From Duodenibacillus sp. (GTDB taxonomy: Bacteria; Pseudomonadota; Gammaproteobacteria; Burkholderiales; Burkholderiaceae_F): 64,000 nucleotides of DNA. The stretch is taken from assembly GCA_963661915.1 (NCBI GenBank), contig CAVLDT010000002.1, positions 21,403 to 85,402 on the forward strand. The letters run 5' to 3'. Below, in pieces: positions 1 to 11,091 of this stretch; the stretch's first letter is position 1; each line of letters begins with the position of its first letter. The notes beneath the pieces are model-generated. The model saw nothing but the letters and a program-made list of their open reading frames with translations, ran no database searches and was not told the DNA's origin. Position numbers and translations under genes: made by a program.

Positions 1-1
1 C

Positions 2-1876
2 TACGAGGGTGATGTCCTTTTGCCATTTCAGATTGAAGTTCCTTGGGGGACACCTTATGGAACACACATTACCATTCGCGCCAAGGTAAGTTGGGTTGCG
101 TGTCACAACGTCTGTGTACCGCAGGAGAGGACACTTAAATTCTCCGTTCCAATCGATGTCGCAAGTAAACCAACCGAGGCAGATTCCCTCTTTAAACGCA
201 CAAGAGCAGAAACACCTGAGACCGTTACAACAACGGCCATTTCTGCCATTCAGGACGGCAACCGTCTCTGCGTACAACTACCACAGTCCGCAGGGCTCAT
301 TTCCGAAAACGTTGTTTTCCTACCGAAGAATGGAAATCCCTTTCTCTCTCAGGTAGATACAGTTTCCACTGTTCGCGGACAAAACACGACGCTTCTTCTC
401 ACTTTAAAGGAAAAAAGTGCTGCGACACTTTCTGCAATCGAAGGGATACTCGTTGCTGACGGGGGACCGCTACAAAACGGCTGGGCAATTGATACGAGCA
501 TCGCTGTTAGGCCAGGGAAAATCGCCACGACAGAAAAAGTTACTAAGAAAAAGAAGCCCTCCCGTAGCGCTAGCACGCTTCTTACACCGCAACTTGAACC
601 CTCACAATCGATTACCTCGGGAAGAGCCCTTCTATTTGCCTTCGTAGGAGGCCTAATCCTTAATCTCATGCCCTGCGTTTTCCCCGTGTTAAGCCTCAAG
701 GTTCTTCACCTTGCAGATCACTCTCGCAGGCGGGGTACGATGGCCGTTAATGGGCTAGCTTTCATGGGTGGCATCCTTGTAACAACACTCGCCCTCGCTG
801 GGCTCTTACTTTTTGTCCGCTCATTAGGCTTTGCTGTCGGTTGGGGTTTCCAACTACAGACCCCTTGGGTTGTTGCAGTCCTGGCTCTCCTCTTCTTTTC
901 CATTACGCTTAATCTACTCGGCGTCTTTGAATTCACAGCGGCAAGCCACCTGGCGGATTCTCGAGCCGCAAGAGCACTCCCAACGACGGGGCCAGCGGGA
1001 TCTTTCTGTGTTGGGATTCTCACTGTTGTTGTTGCAAGCCCCTGCACGGCCCCATTCATGGGGGCCGCTTTGGGCTATGCCGTAACGCAACCAGCATTGC
1101 AGGCCTCGGCGGTCTTTTTAGCCCTAGGGTTTGGTATCGGACTTCCGTGGTTTTTACTCACGATTTTCCCAGGTTGGACACGGTGGCTTCCAAAGCCTGG
1201 TGCGTGGATGCTTCGCTTAAAGCGCTTTATGGCGCTTCCGATGTTAATTGCCTTTCTGTGGCTTGTTTGGGTCTTAGCGCATCAGGTCAATATTTATGGA
1301 CTTATTACGCTCTTTTTAGGTGCTGGCGGTTTGACTCTCTTTCTTTGGGTCTACGGCAGAGAGCAATATGGTCGTGGAAATTCTCGAACATTAAAAGCCA
1401 TCGCACTTCTCGCAACTTTAGCAAGTGTCTTCACCCTTGCCCATGCTGATTTCTCTAAAGCCTACGAAAAGGAAAATTCTATTTGGCAGGAATTTTCCAC
1501 TTCCGCCGTAGAACGCGCCCTACATGAAGGGCGACCTGTCATCATCGACTTTACGGCCTCTTGGTGCGTCACTTGCCAATTTAACAAGGTAACCGCCCTT
1601 CACACGGATGCTACGGACGCCGCACTTAACCGTTACGGATATCGAAGATTCATCGCAGATTGGACTTCGCGCGATGCTGAGATTACCCGAATCCTTAATG
1701 CATTCGGTCGCACGGGTGTTCCTCTCTACGTGATTTACGATGTCGATGGGGTCCCGACGCTCCTGCCAGAACTTCTCACAGAGGAGAGCCTAATCAAGGC
1801 AATTCGAAAAGGCGCCCAAAGCAGTCCGCCTGCAAACACAGGCGGCTCAGAGGTTTCCCGCTCCAACCCAACTTAG
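2..1876 (+). CDS. dsbD: Protein-disulfide reductase DsbD family (5'-truncated by window edge)
   Basis: Frame is open from the window start. N-domain CxxxC (ACHNVC), TM motifs LNLMPCVFPVL and SPCTAPFMG, PKPGAWM, C-terminal thioredoxin WCVTC. Confidence 0.9.
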   Translation, partial: YEGDVLLPFQIEVPWGTPYGTHITIRAKVSWVACHNVCVPQERTLKFSVPIDVASKPTEADSLFKRTRAETPETVTTTAISAIQDGNRLCVQLPQSAGLISENVVFLPKNGNPFLSQVDTVSTVRGQNTTLLLTLKEKSAATLSAIEGILVADGGPLQNGWAIDTSIAVRPGKIATTEKVTKKKKPSRSASTLLTPQLEPSQSITSGRALLFAFVGGLILNLMPCVFPVLSLKVLHLADHSRRRGTMAVNGLAFMGGILVTTLALAGLLLFVRSLGFAVGWGFQLQTPWVVAVLALLFFSITLNLLGVFEFTAASHLADSRAARALPTTGPAGSFCVGILTVVVASPCTAPFMGAALGYAVTQPALQASAVFLALGFGIGLPWFLLTIFPGWTRWLPKPGAWMLRLKRFMALPMLIAFLWLVWVLAHQVNIYGLITLFLGAGGLTLFLWVYGREQYGRGNSRTLKAIALLATLASVFTLAHADFSKAYEKENSIWQEFSTSAVERALHEGRPVIIDFTASWCVTCQFNKVTALHTDATDAALNRYGYRRFIADWTSRDAEITRILNAFGRTGVPLYVIYDVDGVPTLLPELLTEESLIKAIRKGAQSSPPANTGGSEVSRSNPT

Positions 1877-3268
1877 AATCTCATCGATAGCGGCAATGGC
1901 CCCTGAGGTTGCCTTTGTGTTAATGAGAATAACAACAGTCCAATCAGCGCCTTTTGTGTCACGCACAAGGCCAGCGATACTACGCACGTCTTTGACTCTT
2001 CCTGTCTTTAGGCGTGAAAACCCTGTTACTTCTCTTTTGCGCATTGTGCCGTCGACGCCTGCAATCGGAAGACTTGAGAAGAATTCTGCAGCGTAAGGCC
2101 CTGTCTCTGCGTAAGTGAGAACTCTGCCTAAATCTGCGGCACTGATATGGGTTTCCCGAGATAGACCAGAGCCATTTTCTATAAAAACCCTTTCGGAATC
2201 AATGCCAATCCTCGTTAACCACTGCGAGAGCACCGCTTGACTTCTCTTAACTGTTGCTGGGCGATTCTTGCCAATAGCGTCCGCAAAAGAAAGCGAGAGA
2301 AAGAGGTGGCGAGCCATTGTGTTATTGGAGAACTTATTTGTTAACACAACAAGATTCGAGAGTGGATTGGACTTCTCAAGAAGAAGTTCACGAGCACTCG
2401 TGGAAGCCACGCGGTCTGTGACGCTTCCCCTCCAAGCGATTCCCGCTTCCGAGAAAACCTCAGAGAAAGCTGCCCGAAGATAGTCATTTGGTTTCCAAAG
2501 GGTAGCTGGCCACGTCTTTTTCCCACAACTTAAAGGATATGTCCCCCTAAACGTTGCTTCGCTTGAGGTGAACTTCGCCTTCAAACCGCCCTTCCAATCC
2601 GTACAGGCTCCACGCGTAAGTGGAACTGTCTTAGTGGTTTTGAAACCCGCCAAGCGCGGAATTGGAACGATACGGGCAATACCGCTCTCTTCATCTGGCA
2701 TGATTTCAAAGCAAACACTTCTTTGGCTCACGAGTGCCGCATCCGCTTCAACGTTATAGGCACGATCTGTTTGTCCGTCTAGGGGCTTTGCATCCCCAAT
2801 AACGGTAAAAAGCCCCCTATCGACACCGATATCCCCTTCAATTGTTCGTACACCGATGCTCTTTAGGCGCACGGCCGCAAGCCAAAGTCTTTCGATAACG
2901 TAGTGGGGATCTCCCCCTCCCACGAAGGTAAGCCCTTTCACAAGCCCTGTATTTTCATTAAAAGACTCGGCTAACCACCGTGTTTTCCAGCGATAGTTGG
3001 GTCCGAGGACTTCAAGGGTAGCGAGTGTCGTGAGCAACTTGGCGCAACTCGCCGGCTGCATAGCCTTCTCTGGATTAAGCGCAATAACGGGCGTTGTCTC
3101 ACGGGCTTTTGCTACCCAAAGGCTTACATCTCCGTAAGGAATGTGCGCCTTACTCAAGATGGATTTCACCTCAGCTGGGACCGAAGCTGCCACGGAAGCG
3201 AAGGAAAGGCCCAAACCCACGGTAGCAGCAAATGTAGCAATCACTTGATTAAAAACTCTTTTTTGCAC
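1847..3268 (-). CDS. dacB: D-Ala-D-Ala carboxypeptidase/endopeptidase PBP4 (peptidase S13)
   Basis: PASCAK (SxxK), KFSNN, NGSGLSR, LPIAGVDGT and KTG motifs. GTG start at 3268 chosen from a GGAGAG RBS and a following signal peptide. Confidence 0.9.
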   Translation of the reverse strand: MQKRVFNQVIATFAATVGLGLSFASVAASVPAEVKSILSKAHIPYGDVSLWVAKARETTPVIALNPEKAMQPASCAKLLTTLATLEVLGPNYRWKTRWLAESFNENTGLVKGLTFVGGGDPHYVIERLWLAAVRLKSIGVRTIEGDIGVDRGLFTVIGDAKPLDGQTDRAYNVEADAALVSQRSVCFEIMPDEESGIARIVPIPRLAGFKTTKTVPLTRGACTDWKGGLKAKFTSSEATFRGTYPLSCGKKTWPATLWKPNDYLRAAFSEVFSEAGIAWRGSVTDRVASTSARELLLEKSNPLSNLVVLTNKFSNNTMARHLFLSLSFADAIGKNRPATVKRSQAVLSQWLTRIGIDSERVFIENGSGLSRETHISAADLGRVLTYAETGPYAAEFFSSLPIAGVDGTMRKREVTGFSRLKTGRVKDVRSIAGLVRDTKGADWTVVILINTKATSGAIAAIDEILSWVGAGNL

Positions 3269-3316
3269 TTTTCTCTCCAAACGAGAAACCAATGAAAGAA
3301 GTTTAAACGATTGGGG

Positions 3317-3345
3317 GTTGATTTTTTTAAAGAGCATCCCCACAT
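3317..3345 (+). promoter_or_regulatory. Sigma-32 (RpoH)-type promoter of groESL
   Basis: GTTGAT-N15-CCCCACAT versus consensus CTTGAA-N13-15-CCCCATnT, about 110 bp upstream of groES. Confidence 0.65.
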
Positions 3346-3455
3346 ATTGGTTACACGGATAAGGAATTATGTTTTCCCTTATCGTTTGAAGATGCGCCCT
3401 GAAACGCATCCAACCCTTTTAAAGAACTTTTTTTAAGAAATACTGGAGCAAAAAA

Positions 3456-3743
3456 ATGCAGATTCGTCCCTTGCATGACCGCGTGATTATCAAGCGACTC
3501 GACAGTGAGCGCACCACCGCAAGCGGCATCGTCATTCCGGATAACGCCGCCGAAAAGCCCGATCAGGGTGAGGTCGTTGCCGTTGGCCCAGGACGCCGCG
3601 ATGAAGCAGGCAAGCTGATTGCCATGGACGTCAAGGTCGGTGATCGCGTGCTCTTTGGCAAGTACTCTGGCCAGGCTGTCAAGGTTGACGGTCAAGAATT
3701 CCTCGTCATGCGCGAGGAAGACATCATGGGCGTTCTTGCCTAA
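3456..3743 (+). CDS. groES: Co-chaperonin GroES
   Basis: IRPLHDRV...TASGIVIPD...[21 protein letters not shown]. Confidence 0.99.
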   Translation: MQIRPLHDRVIIKRLDSERTTASGIVIPDNAAEKPDQGEVVAVGPGRRDEAGKLIAMDVKVGDRVLFGKYSGQAVKVDGQEFLVMREEDIMGVLA

Positions 3744-3772
3744 TTTCGTAACGATTTTTTGGAGATTTTTAA

Positions 3773-5410
<1,638 letters not shown>

Positions 5411-5434
5411 TCCACTTCCGTTAAAGTTGTTTTC

Positions 5435-5472
5435 AACTCCGGTTTGCTTGAAAGGGCAAATCGGAGTTTTTG
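5435..5472 (+). terminator. Rho-independent terminator of groESL
   Basis: AACTCCGGTTTGC / GCAAATCGGAGTT stem followed by a T run. Confidence 0.85.
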
Positions 5473-5588
5473 CATTTTTAGTATCAATTGGTTGCAATTG
5501 TGCAAAGAATTATTGGCTAGTCACCTGATAAAACTGCGATAATCACGCCCGTTTTCCTTTGGGCCTATTAGAAAATTTTGTTATAAGC

Positions 5589-7268
5589 ATGAACTGGCTT
5601 TCCCAACTGTTAGTCAATCCCGACTCAATCGGACATATTGTTTTTGTCTACGGATTTGTTATTGCACTTGGCACCTACCTTGGTCGCATTAAAGTCTTTG
5701 GCATTTCCTTTGGTGTGACCTGTGTACTTTTTGTCGCACTGCTATCGAACTACCTCGGATTCCGCGTCAACCCTACTGTGCTTGGATTTCTGCGAGATTT
5801 CGGGTTAATCCTCTTTGTTTATCTCATGGGATTGCAGGTTGGCCCCTCGTTTTTCAATTCCTTTAAGCACGAAGGGGTGCACCTTAATCTACTGACGATT
5901 TTTAGCATCGTCCTGAGTATCCTTGTGACGATTGCCTTGTTCTTCCTTTTAAGTGGAACGATTACTCTGCCGCAGATTCTTGGTGTGCACTTTGGTGCAG
6001 TCACGAATACCCCGGGCCTTGGTGCAACACAAGAAACTCTTGATGTCTTAGGCTACCAGGGTGAATCCATTGCTGTTGCTTACGCCTGCGCTTATCCCTT
6101 GGGTGTTGTGGCAACGATTCTTTCTATTATTGCCTTAAAGTACATTTTCTCGATAAATTTGAAAACTGAAGAGCAACATCTTATCGATGAAGAAAATGCC
6201 ATCAATACGGCACCCATTTGCTTTCACTTGGAGTTACAAAATTCTCGCCTAGAGGGTCTTACGATTCATGAGTCACGCCGTCTTGTTGGGCGTTCCTTTA
6301 TTTGCTCGAGACTTTTACACGACGGAAAAATTACAAGCCCCATGGGCAATAGTGCTCTACACGTGGGAGATATCATGCGTATCGTCTCGGAACCCGATGA
6401 CAAGGATGCAATCCTTGCCTTCTTCGGACGAGAAGAAACCAACATCGATCTTGCAAGCGATAAACATTCGCCCGTGATGAGTTCTCTTATTCGTGTTACG
6501 CGCGAACGTGTTAACGGCACCCGTGTACGTGACTTGCATTTAAGTCAACTCGATGGTGTCAACATCACTCGCGTTTACCGTAACGGCATACAACTTTTCC
6601 CGCATAAAGCCTTGCGTTTACTCCTAGGCGACAAGGTCTATTGCGTCGGTCCACAACGCTCGATTGAACGACTAGCTGGGATTCTTGGTAATCAAGTTAA
6701 GAAACTCGATCACCCCAATATCATCGTCATCTTCTTAGGGATCTTGATTGGCGTTCTCGTGGGATCCATTCCTCTTGCAATCCCTGGGATGCCCGTTGCA
6801 CTGAAGCTCGGTCTTGCCGGTGGTCCCCTTGTTGTTGCAATTCTCTTAGGCTACTATGGGCCACGCATTAAGTTGGTGACATACACAACGTATTCGGCAA
6901 ATCTCATGCTTCGAGAAATCGGCATTGCAATCTTCCTTGCAAGTGTTGGGCTCGCTGCAGGAGAAAATTTCGTCAATGCCTTAGTCAATGGAAACGGTCC
7001 GCTCTACGTTGCCTTGGGTGTTGTTGTAACGGTTGTTCCCTGTCTTGTAACGGGCGCTTTGGCACGTTTGCATTACAAAATGAATTTTCACCAAATCATG
7101 GGGCTCCTTGCAGGTGCCTCTACGAATGTTCCTGCCTTAGCCTACGCTGGGATGCAAAGTGAAACAAGTGCGGCGCTCATTGCCTATTCGACTGTCTATC
7201 CTCTGGCGCTTTTCCTAAGAATTCTCACAGGACAACTTGTTCTCGTTGCCCTCTGGAGTTTTGTCTAA
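5589..7268 (+). CDS. AspT/YidE/YbjL family putative antiporter with two TrkA-C domains
   Basis: Duplicated membrane domains (GLILFVY..GLQVGP, GAVTNTPGLGA; GASTNVPALAYA, YSTVYP) around a soluble region. ATG at 5589. Confidence 0.85.
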   Translation: MNWLSQLLVNPDSIGHIVFVYGFVIALGTYLGRIKVFGISFGVTCVLFVALLSNYLGFRVNPTVLGFLRDFGLILFVYLMGLQVGPSFFNSFKHEGVHLNLLTIFSIVLSILVTIALFFLLSGTITLPQILGVHFGAVTNTPGLGATQETLDVLGYQGESIAVAYACAYPLGVVATILSIIALKYIFSINLKTEEQHLIDEENAINTAPICFHLELQNSRLEGLTIHESRRLVGRSFICSRLLHDGKITSPMGNSALHVGDIMRIVSEPDDKDAILAFFGREETNIDLASDKHSPVMSSLIRVTRERVNGTRVRDLHLSQLDGVNITRVYRNGIQLFPHKALRLLLGDKVYCVGPQRSIERLAGILGNQVKKLDHPNIIVIFLGILIGVLVGSIPLAIPGMPVALKLGLAGGPLVVAILLGYYGPRIKLVTYTTYSANLMLREIGIAIFLASVGLAAGENFVNALVNGNGPLYVALGVVVTVVPCLVTGALARLHYKMNFHQIMGLLAGASTNVPALAYAGMQSETSAALIAYSTVYPLALFLRILTGQLVLVALWSFV

Positions 7269-7436
7269 CACGGATTAGACGATATTTTTCCTCAATAAAG
7301 GGGGTGTTGATAAAGTCGGTCCATCCGACATCAGTTAACACCCCCTAACAATAAGGCTTCTGACTTTTGTCAGGAGTTGCTTATGCTAACATCATCTCAA
7401 AACAGAAACTGACACTTGTTGATTTAAGGAGCTTCT

Positions 7437-7835
7437 ATGAAATACTTCCGTAGTCTTGCCTTAGCCCTTAGTTTAGGATTCATGCTTGCAGGCACAACCT
7501 CTTTTGCGGCTGCTCCAGAAGGCTTTAGCGGTGCTGCATCGAACGCAGGTCTTCCGCAAGGCTTCGGACAAGAAGGCGTCACAACTGTGCGTGCTGTGAA
7601 AAACACAGTTACTGACGACGCAATTGTGACGCTCAAGGGGCGCTTTACAAAGCACATCCGGGGCGACAAGTATGAATTTGTCGATGAAGCTGGAGACAAA
7701 ATCACCGCTGAACTTGATGATGACCATAACTGGTCACATGTGCATCGCGGAGATCTTTATGTCATAACCGCTAAGGTTGACAAGGATTGGACTAAGACAG
7801 AAATTGAAGTTAAGAGCGCTAAAGCCGCTCACTAA
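7437..7835 (+). CDS. Periplasmic OB-fold (BOF) stress protein, YgiW/YdeI family
   Basis: Signal peptide, GF repeats, DD..VTLKG, DKYEF.D, VDKDW...EIEV; AAGGAG RBS. Confidence 0.85.
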   Translation: MKYFRSLALALSLGFMLAGTTSFAAAPEGFSGAASNAGLPQGFGQEGVTTVRAVKNTVTDDAIVTLKGRFTKHIRGDKYEFVDEAGDKITAELDDDHNWSHVHRGDLYVITAKVDKDWTKTEIEVKSAKAAH

Positions 7836-7851
7836 CCCACAAGACAACCGC

Positions 7852-8346
7852 TTAAGAGAGAAGCGCAGTTAGGGTTTTTAGCGCAAACGCTACTGTCGCT
7901 TCTCTAACCTCTTGGCGGCTACCTGGAAAAACCTGCGTAGCAGACTCTGTGCAGACTGCTCGCGGCGTCTTAAAGGCAAATCCAAAACAAACTGTTCCAA
8001 CGGGTGTCTTTTCTGTTCCACCGGAGGGGCCTGCAACGCCTGTTACAGAAACCGCTAGAGTTGCCTTGGAGTGTTCGATTGCGCCCAGAGCCATCTCGCG
8101 AGCGACCTCTTCGCTCACGATACCAAACTTATCTAAAGTATCTGCCCGAACACCTAAAACTTCCTTTTTTGATTCGGGCGTGTAAGTAACAAAACCCCTC
8201 TCAAACCAAGCACTTGACCCTGCAATCTCTGTAATCGTTGCTGCAATGAGGCCTCCTGTGCAACTCTCAGCCGTAGCAATCTTTGTTGCCTTTTCCCGAG
8301 CAGAGAGCCCCAGGTTTTCTGCGAGCTCTTTAAGGTTTTCTTTCAC
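7852..8346 (-). CDS. pncC: CinA C-terminal domain protein / NMN deamidase
   Basis: ATAESCTGG, GSSAWFERGFVTY, TGVAGPSGG. Confidence 0.9.
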   Translation of the reverse strand: MKENLKELAENLGLSAREKATKIATAESCTGGLIAATITEIAGSSAWFERGFVTYTPESKKEVLGVRADTLDKFGIVSEEVAREMALGAIEHSKATLAVSVTGVAGPSGGTEKTPVGTVCFGFAFKTPRAVCTESATQVFPGSRQEVREATVAFALKTLTALLS

Positions 8347-8906
8347 GAAAGCAATCCAAGGAATGTGTAACCAAAACGTCCTGCAGCTTTATCGAAAATC
8401 GTAAGGGCCACAATTGCCCAAAGTGCGGCAACAATATCGTCTGCCATGACGCCCTTCCCACCCTTGAACTTCGCATCAATCTTATCTGCTGGCGGGAACT
8501 TCATAATGTCAAAGAAGCGGAAAGCTAAGAATGCTGCTGCCCACGTCACGGGATGTTGCGGAAACATCATTAATACAAGCCAAACGCCTACAACTTCATC
8601 GATAACAATACAACCTGCATCGCAAACCCCCAGGTCTTCGCTTGTCTTTTCGCTAGCCCAAGCGCCAGCCAAGATTCCTAAAGCGATTGCCGCGAGATTA
8701 AACATCGGAGGCATACCGCAAACCTCGCCCAAGAAAATCCACACGAGAACTCCGGCAAGCGTCCCCCAAGTCCCTGGTGCTGGCCTTAAACAACCCACAC
8801 CAAAGAAAAGCGCGATAGCGTGTTCTGGGCAGGAGAAGACAAACTTCAAATCTGGGCGAACGATATAAGCGGGATTATCTGCGGAATATTTTTCTTTTAT
8901 ACCCAT
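8343..8906 (-). CDS. pgpA: Phosphatidylglycerophosphatase A
   Basis: APGTWGTL, IVIDEVVG, FRFFDI.K, GVMADD. Confidence 0.95.
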   Translation of the reverse strand: MGIKEKYSADNPAYIVRPDLKFVFSCPEHAIALFFGVGCLRPAPGTWGTLAGVLVWIFLGEVCGMPPMFNLAAIALGILAGAWASEKTSEDLGVCDAGCIVIDEVVGVWLVLMMFPQHPVTWAAAFLAFRFFDIMKFPPADKIDAKFKGGKGVMADDIVAALWAIVALTIFDKAAGRFGYTFLGLLS

Positions 8907-8919
8907 CGTGTTTTTTCCT

Positions 8920-9918
8920 TTAAGCAAAGTGATCGTAACCAGTTGAAGAAAGACGCAATACTTGACCGTTCGAATCTGTGACTACGAGTCTAGAGCGACC
9001 GACTTCCTTAGAGCGAATGCTACCAATACGGCTCACAGATGTGAGCGCGCTGATGCTCGCTTGTTCGATAAGGCCGCGTTTTTCTTTCGGGGCTGTAAAG
9101 ACGAGTTCATAGTCATCCCCACCCGTAAGAAGCGCTTTAATGAGGTTTTCCTTTGCAAGGGACGCTGTTGAAGCATCGGCAGGAATCGCATCAAAAAAGA
9201 TTTCTGCAGAGACATCACTTCTTTCAAGAATGTGCCCTAGGTCCTGTGCGAGACCATCGGAAACATCTGCGCATGCTGTTGCTGAACTTAAAAGCGCTGT
9301 GCCAAGAGCATTCCTTGCTTGCGGCCGTTCTAACCTATTGAGAGCAGCGGGAAAGTCCTCGGCAGAGAGTGTCACCTTCCCTGTAAGGTGAGCGAGAGCC
9401 GCCCAGGCGCCGCCCAATGTACCTGAAACCCAGATGTCATCTCCCTCTGCAGCCCCAGCGCGCGTAAGTCCCATTCTTGAGGGCAATTCTCCAATTGCAG
9501 TAATAGAAATCGTTGCAGGAGCCTGCGTTTCTCCTACCTTAGCCGTACGTGTTGTGTCACCGCCAAGAAGAGGGCACTGTGCCTCTTTTGCTAAAGAAAG
9601 AAGCCCACAGGTAAAGTCTTTTAACCACAGGTCATCCCTCTCTGGCAATGCAATCGAAAGGAAAAAAGCCCTAGGAACTGCTCCTGCGGCAGCAAGGTCT
9701 GAGAGATTAACCGCAAGCGCTTTGTAGCCAATATCTTCCGCACGCGTAGAAACGGGGAAGTGCACACCCACCGTGGTCATGTCCGTCGTAACTGCCATGC
9801 GCGTCGATCCCGCGTCAATAATGGCGCAATCATCTCCCACGCCTTTACAGGCCCAGGCTCCAAATGTCGCATGTGTAAAGTAGCGATCAATAATGGAAAA
9901 TTCACCAAGCTCTGCCAT
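8920..9918 (-). CDS. thiL: Thiamine-monophosphate kinase
   Basis: GEFSII, GVGDDCA, AVNLSDLAA, GGDT, DVSDGL, GGDDYEL. Confidence 0.97.
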   Translation of the reverse strand: MAELGEFSIIDRYFTHATFGAWACKGVGDDCAIIDAGSTRMAVTTDMTTVGVHFPVSTRAEDIGYKALAVNLSDLAAAGAVPRAFFLSIALPERDDLWLKDFTCGLLSLAKEAQCPLLGGDTTRTAKVGETQAPATISITAIGELPSRMGLTRAGAAEGDDIWVSGTLGGAWAALAHLTGKVTLSAEDFPAALNRLERPQARNALGTALLSSATACADVSDGLAQDLGHILERSDVSAEIFFDAIPADASTASLAKENLIKALLTGGDDYELVFTAPKEKRGLIEQASISALTSVSRIGSIRSKEVGRSRLVVTDSNGQVLRLSSTGYDHFA

Positions 9919-10014
9919 CTTCTTTCCTTTCCCAAAAACGTTAACGCAACCGAATCCCATTAGCTGGAAACGGTTGCGTCGATTTTAGTCCTACGTGCGG
10001 AAAATCTTCTTTAT

Positions 10015-10509
10015 CTAAGAAGCGAACTCTTCGGGTCTTACGTCCTGCGCGACCTTGTCGAGAACACCATTAACTAAACGATATCCCTTGTCGGCGCCAA
10101 AGAGCTTCGAGAGTTCCACTGCCTCATTAATAATGACGCGATATGGATTCTCAGGGCGGTGCTTAAGTTCCCAAGCACCAATCATCATGCAAGATCTCTC
10201 GATTACAGAAAGTCTAGCTGGGTCTCTATCGACGTGGCGAGCGAGAAGCTCCATCAGAGCATCGCGCTCGGCTAAGACCCCGGAGAGAATCTCGTGGTAG
10301 AAATCCTTGTCACAGTTCTCAAAGTCTTCTGCCGTTAACTCACAGGCAAAGGAAGATTCATCCTCATCACTGAGAACATCCAAAAGGCCCTCGTCGATTG
10401 TCCCTTCATCAGCCTCTGGATCGATTACAGACTGATAGACACCTAAAAGAGCAAATTCGCGAGCGCGACGTCTTGCGCCTGCAAGAGGCAAATGGGTCTT
10501 AGTTGTCAT
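10015..10509 (-). CDS. nusB: Transcription antitermination factor NusB
   Basis: RRRARE arginine motif, [18 protein letters not shown]. Start at 10509 overlaps the ribH stop. Confidence 0.95.
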   Translation of the reverse strand: MTTKTHLPLAGARRRAREFALLGVYQSVIDPEADEGTIDEGLLDVLSDEDESSFACELTAEDFENCDKDFYHEILSGVLAERDALMELLARHVDRDPARLSVIERSCMMIGAWELKHRPENPYRVIINEAVELSKLFGADKGYRLVNGVLDKVAQDVRPEEFAS

Positions 10510-11011
10510 CAGACTCTTCCGCGTCGTCGTAGTCATCAAAATCATCCACAGACGGGAATTCCGCAACGAGATTACCCATCTCGACAGCGCACTGTGCGCA
10601 GTCCGTTCCCTTTAACTTCGTGCGCTCTTTGCACTGCTCATCGTTGTAGCAGGTCAAAACGCCATTAGCGACTGGGATACCGTAGTCAAGAGCCACTCTA
10701 GAGATTCCGGCGGCTGACTCATTGGCAACGAGTTCAAAGTGATAGGTCTCACCCTTAATCACAGCACCAAGGGCAATCAATGCGTCGTATTCCCCTGTTC
10801 CTGCAAGCTTAGAAAGTGCAAGAGGAATCTCCAAGGCGCCAGGAACCGTCACCTTCGTGATATCTTCTTCAGAAACACCCAAGCGCTTAAGCTCTTCTAG
10901 GCAAGCCGCGTAGAGCTCTTTTCCGGCATATTCATTAAACCGCGAGACAACAATTCCGATTTGAAGATCTTTGCCATTCAAATCTCTTTTAATCTCATCG
11001 ACCTGCGGCAT
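10499..11011 (-). CDS. ribH: 6,7-dimethyl-8-ribityllumazine synthase
   Basis: [28 protein letters not shown]; acidic C-terminal tail. Confidence 0.97.
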   Translation of the reverse strand: MPQVDEIKRDLNGKDLQIGIVVSRFNEYAGKELYAACLEELKRLGVSEEDITKVTVPGALEIPLALSKLAGTGEYDALIALGAVIKGETYHFELVANESAAGISRVALDYGIPVANGVLTCYNDEQCKERTKLKGTDCAQCAVEMGNLVAEFPSVDDFDDYDDAEESDDN

Positions 11012-11091
11012 AGTATGTACCTCCTATCTGCTTAAAAAGATGCTTCCAACAAGAGACGGCATCGGTTACCGTTTCCACATCGAATTCTAGA

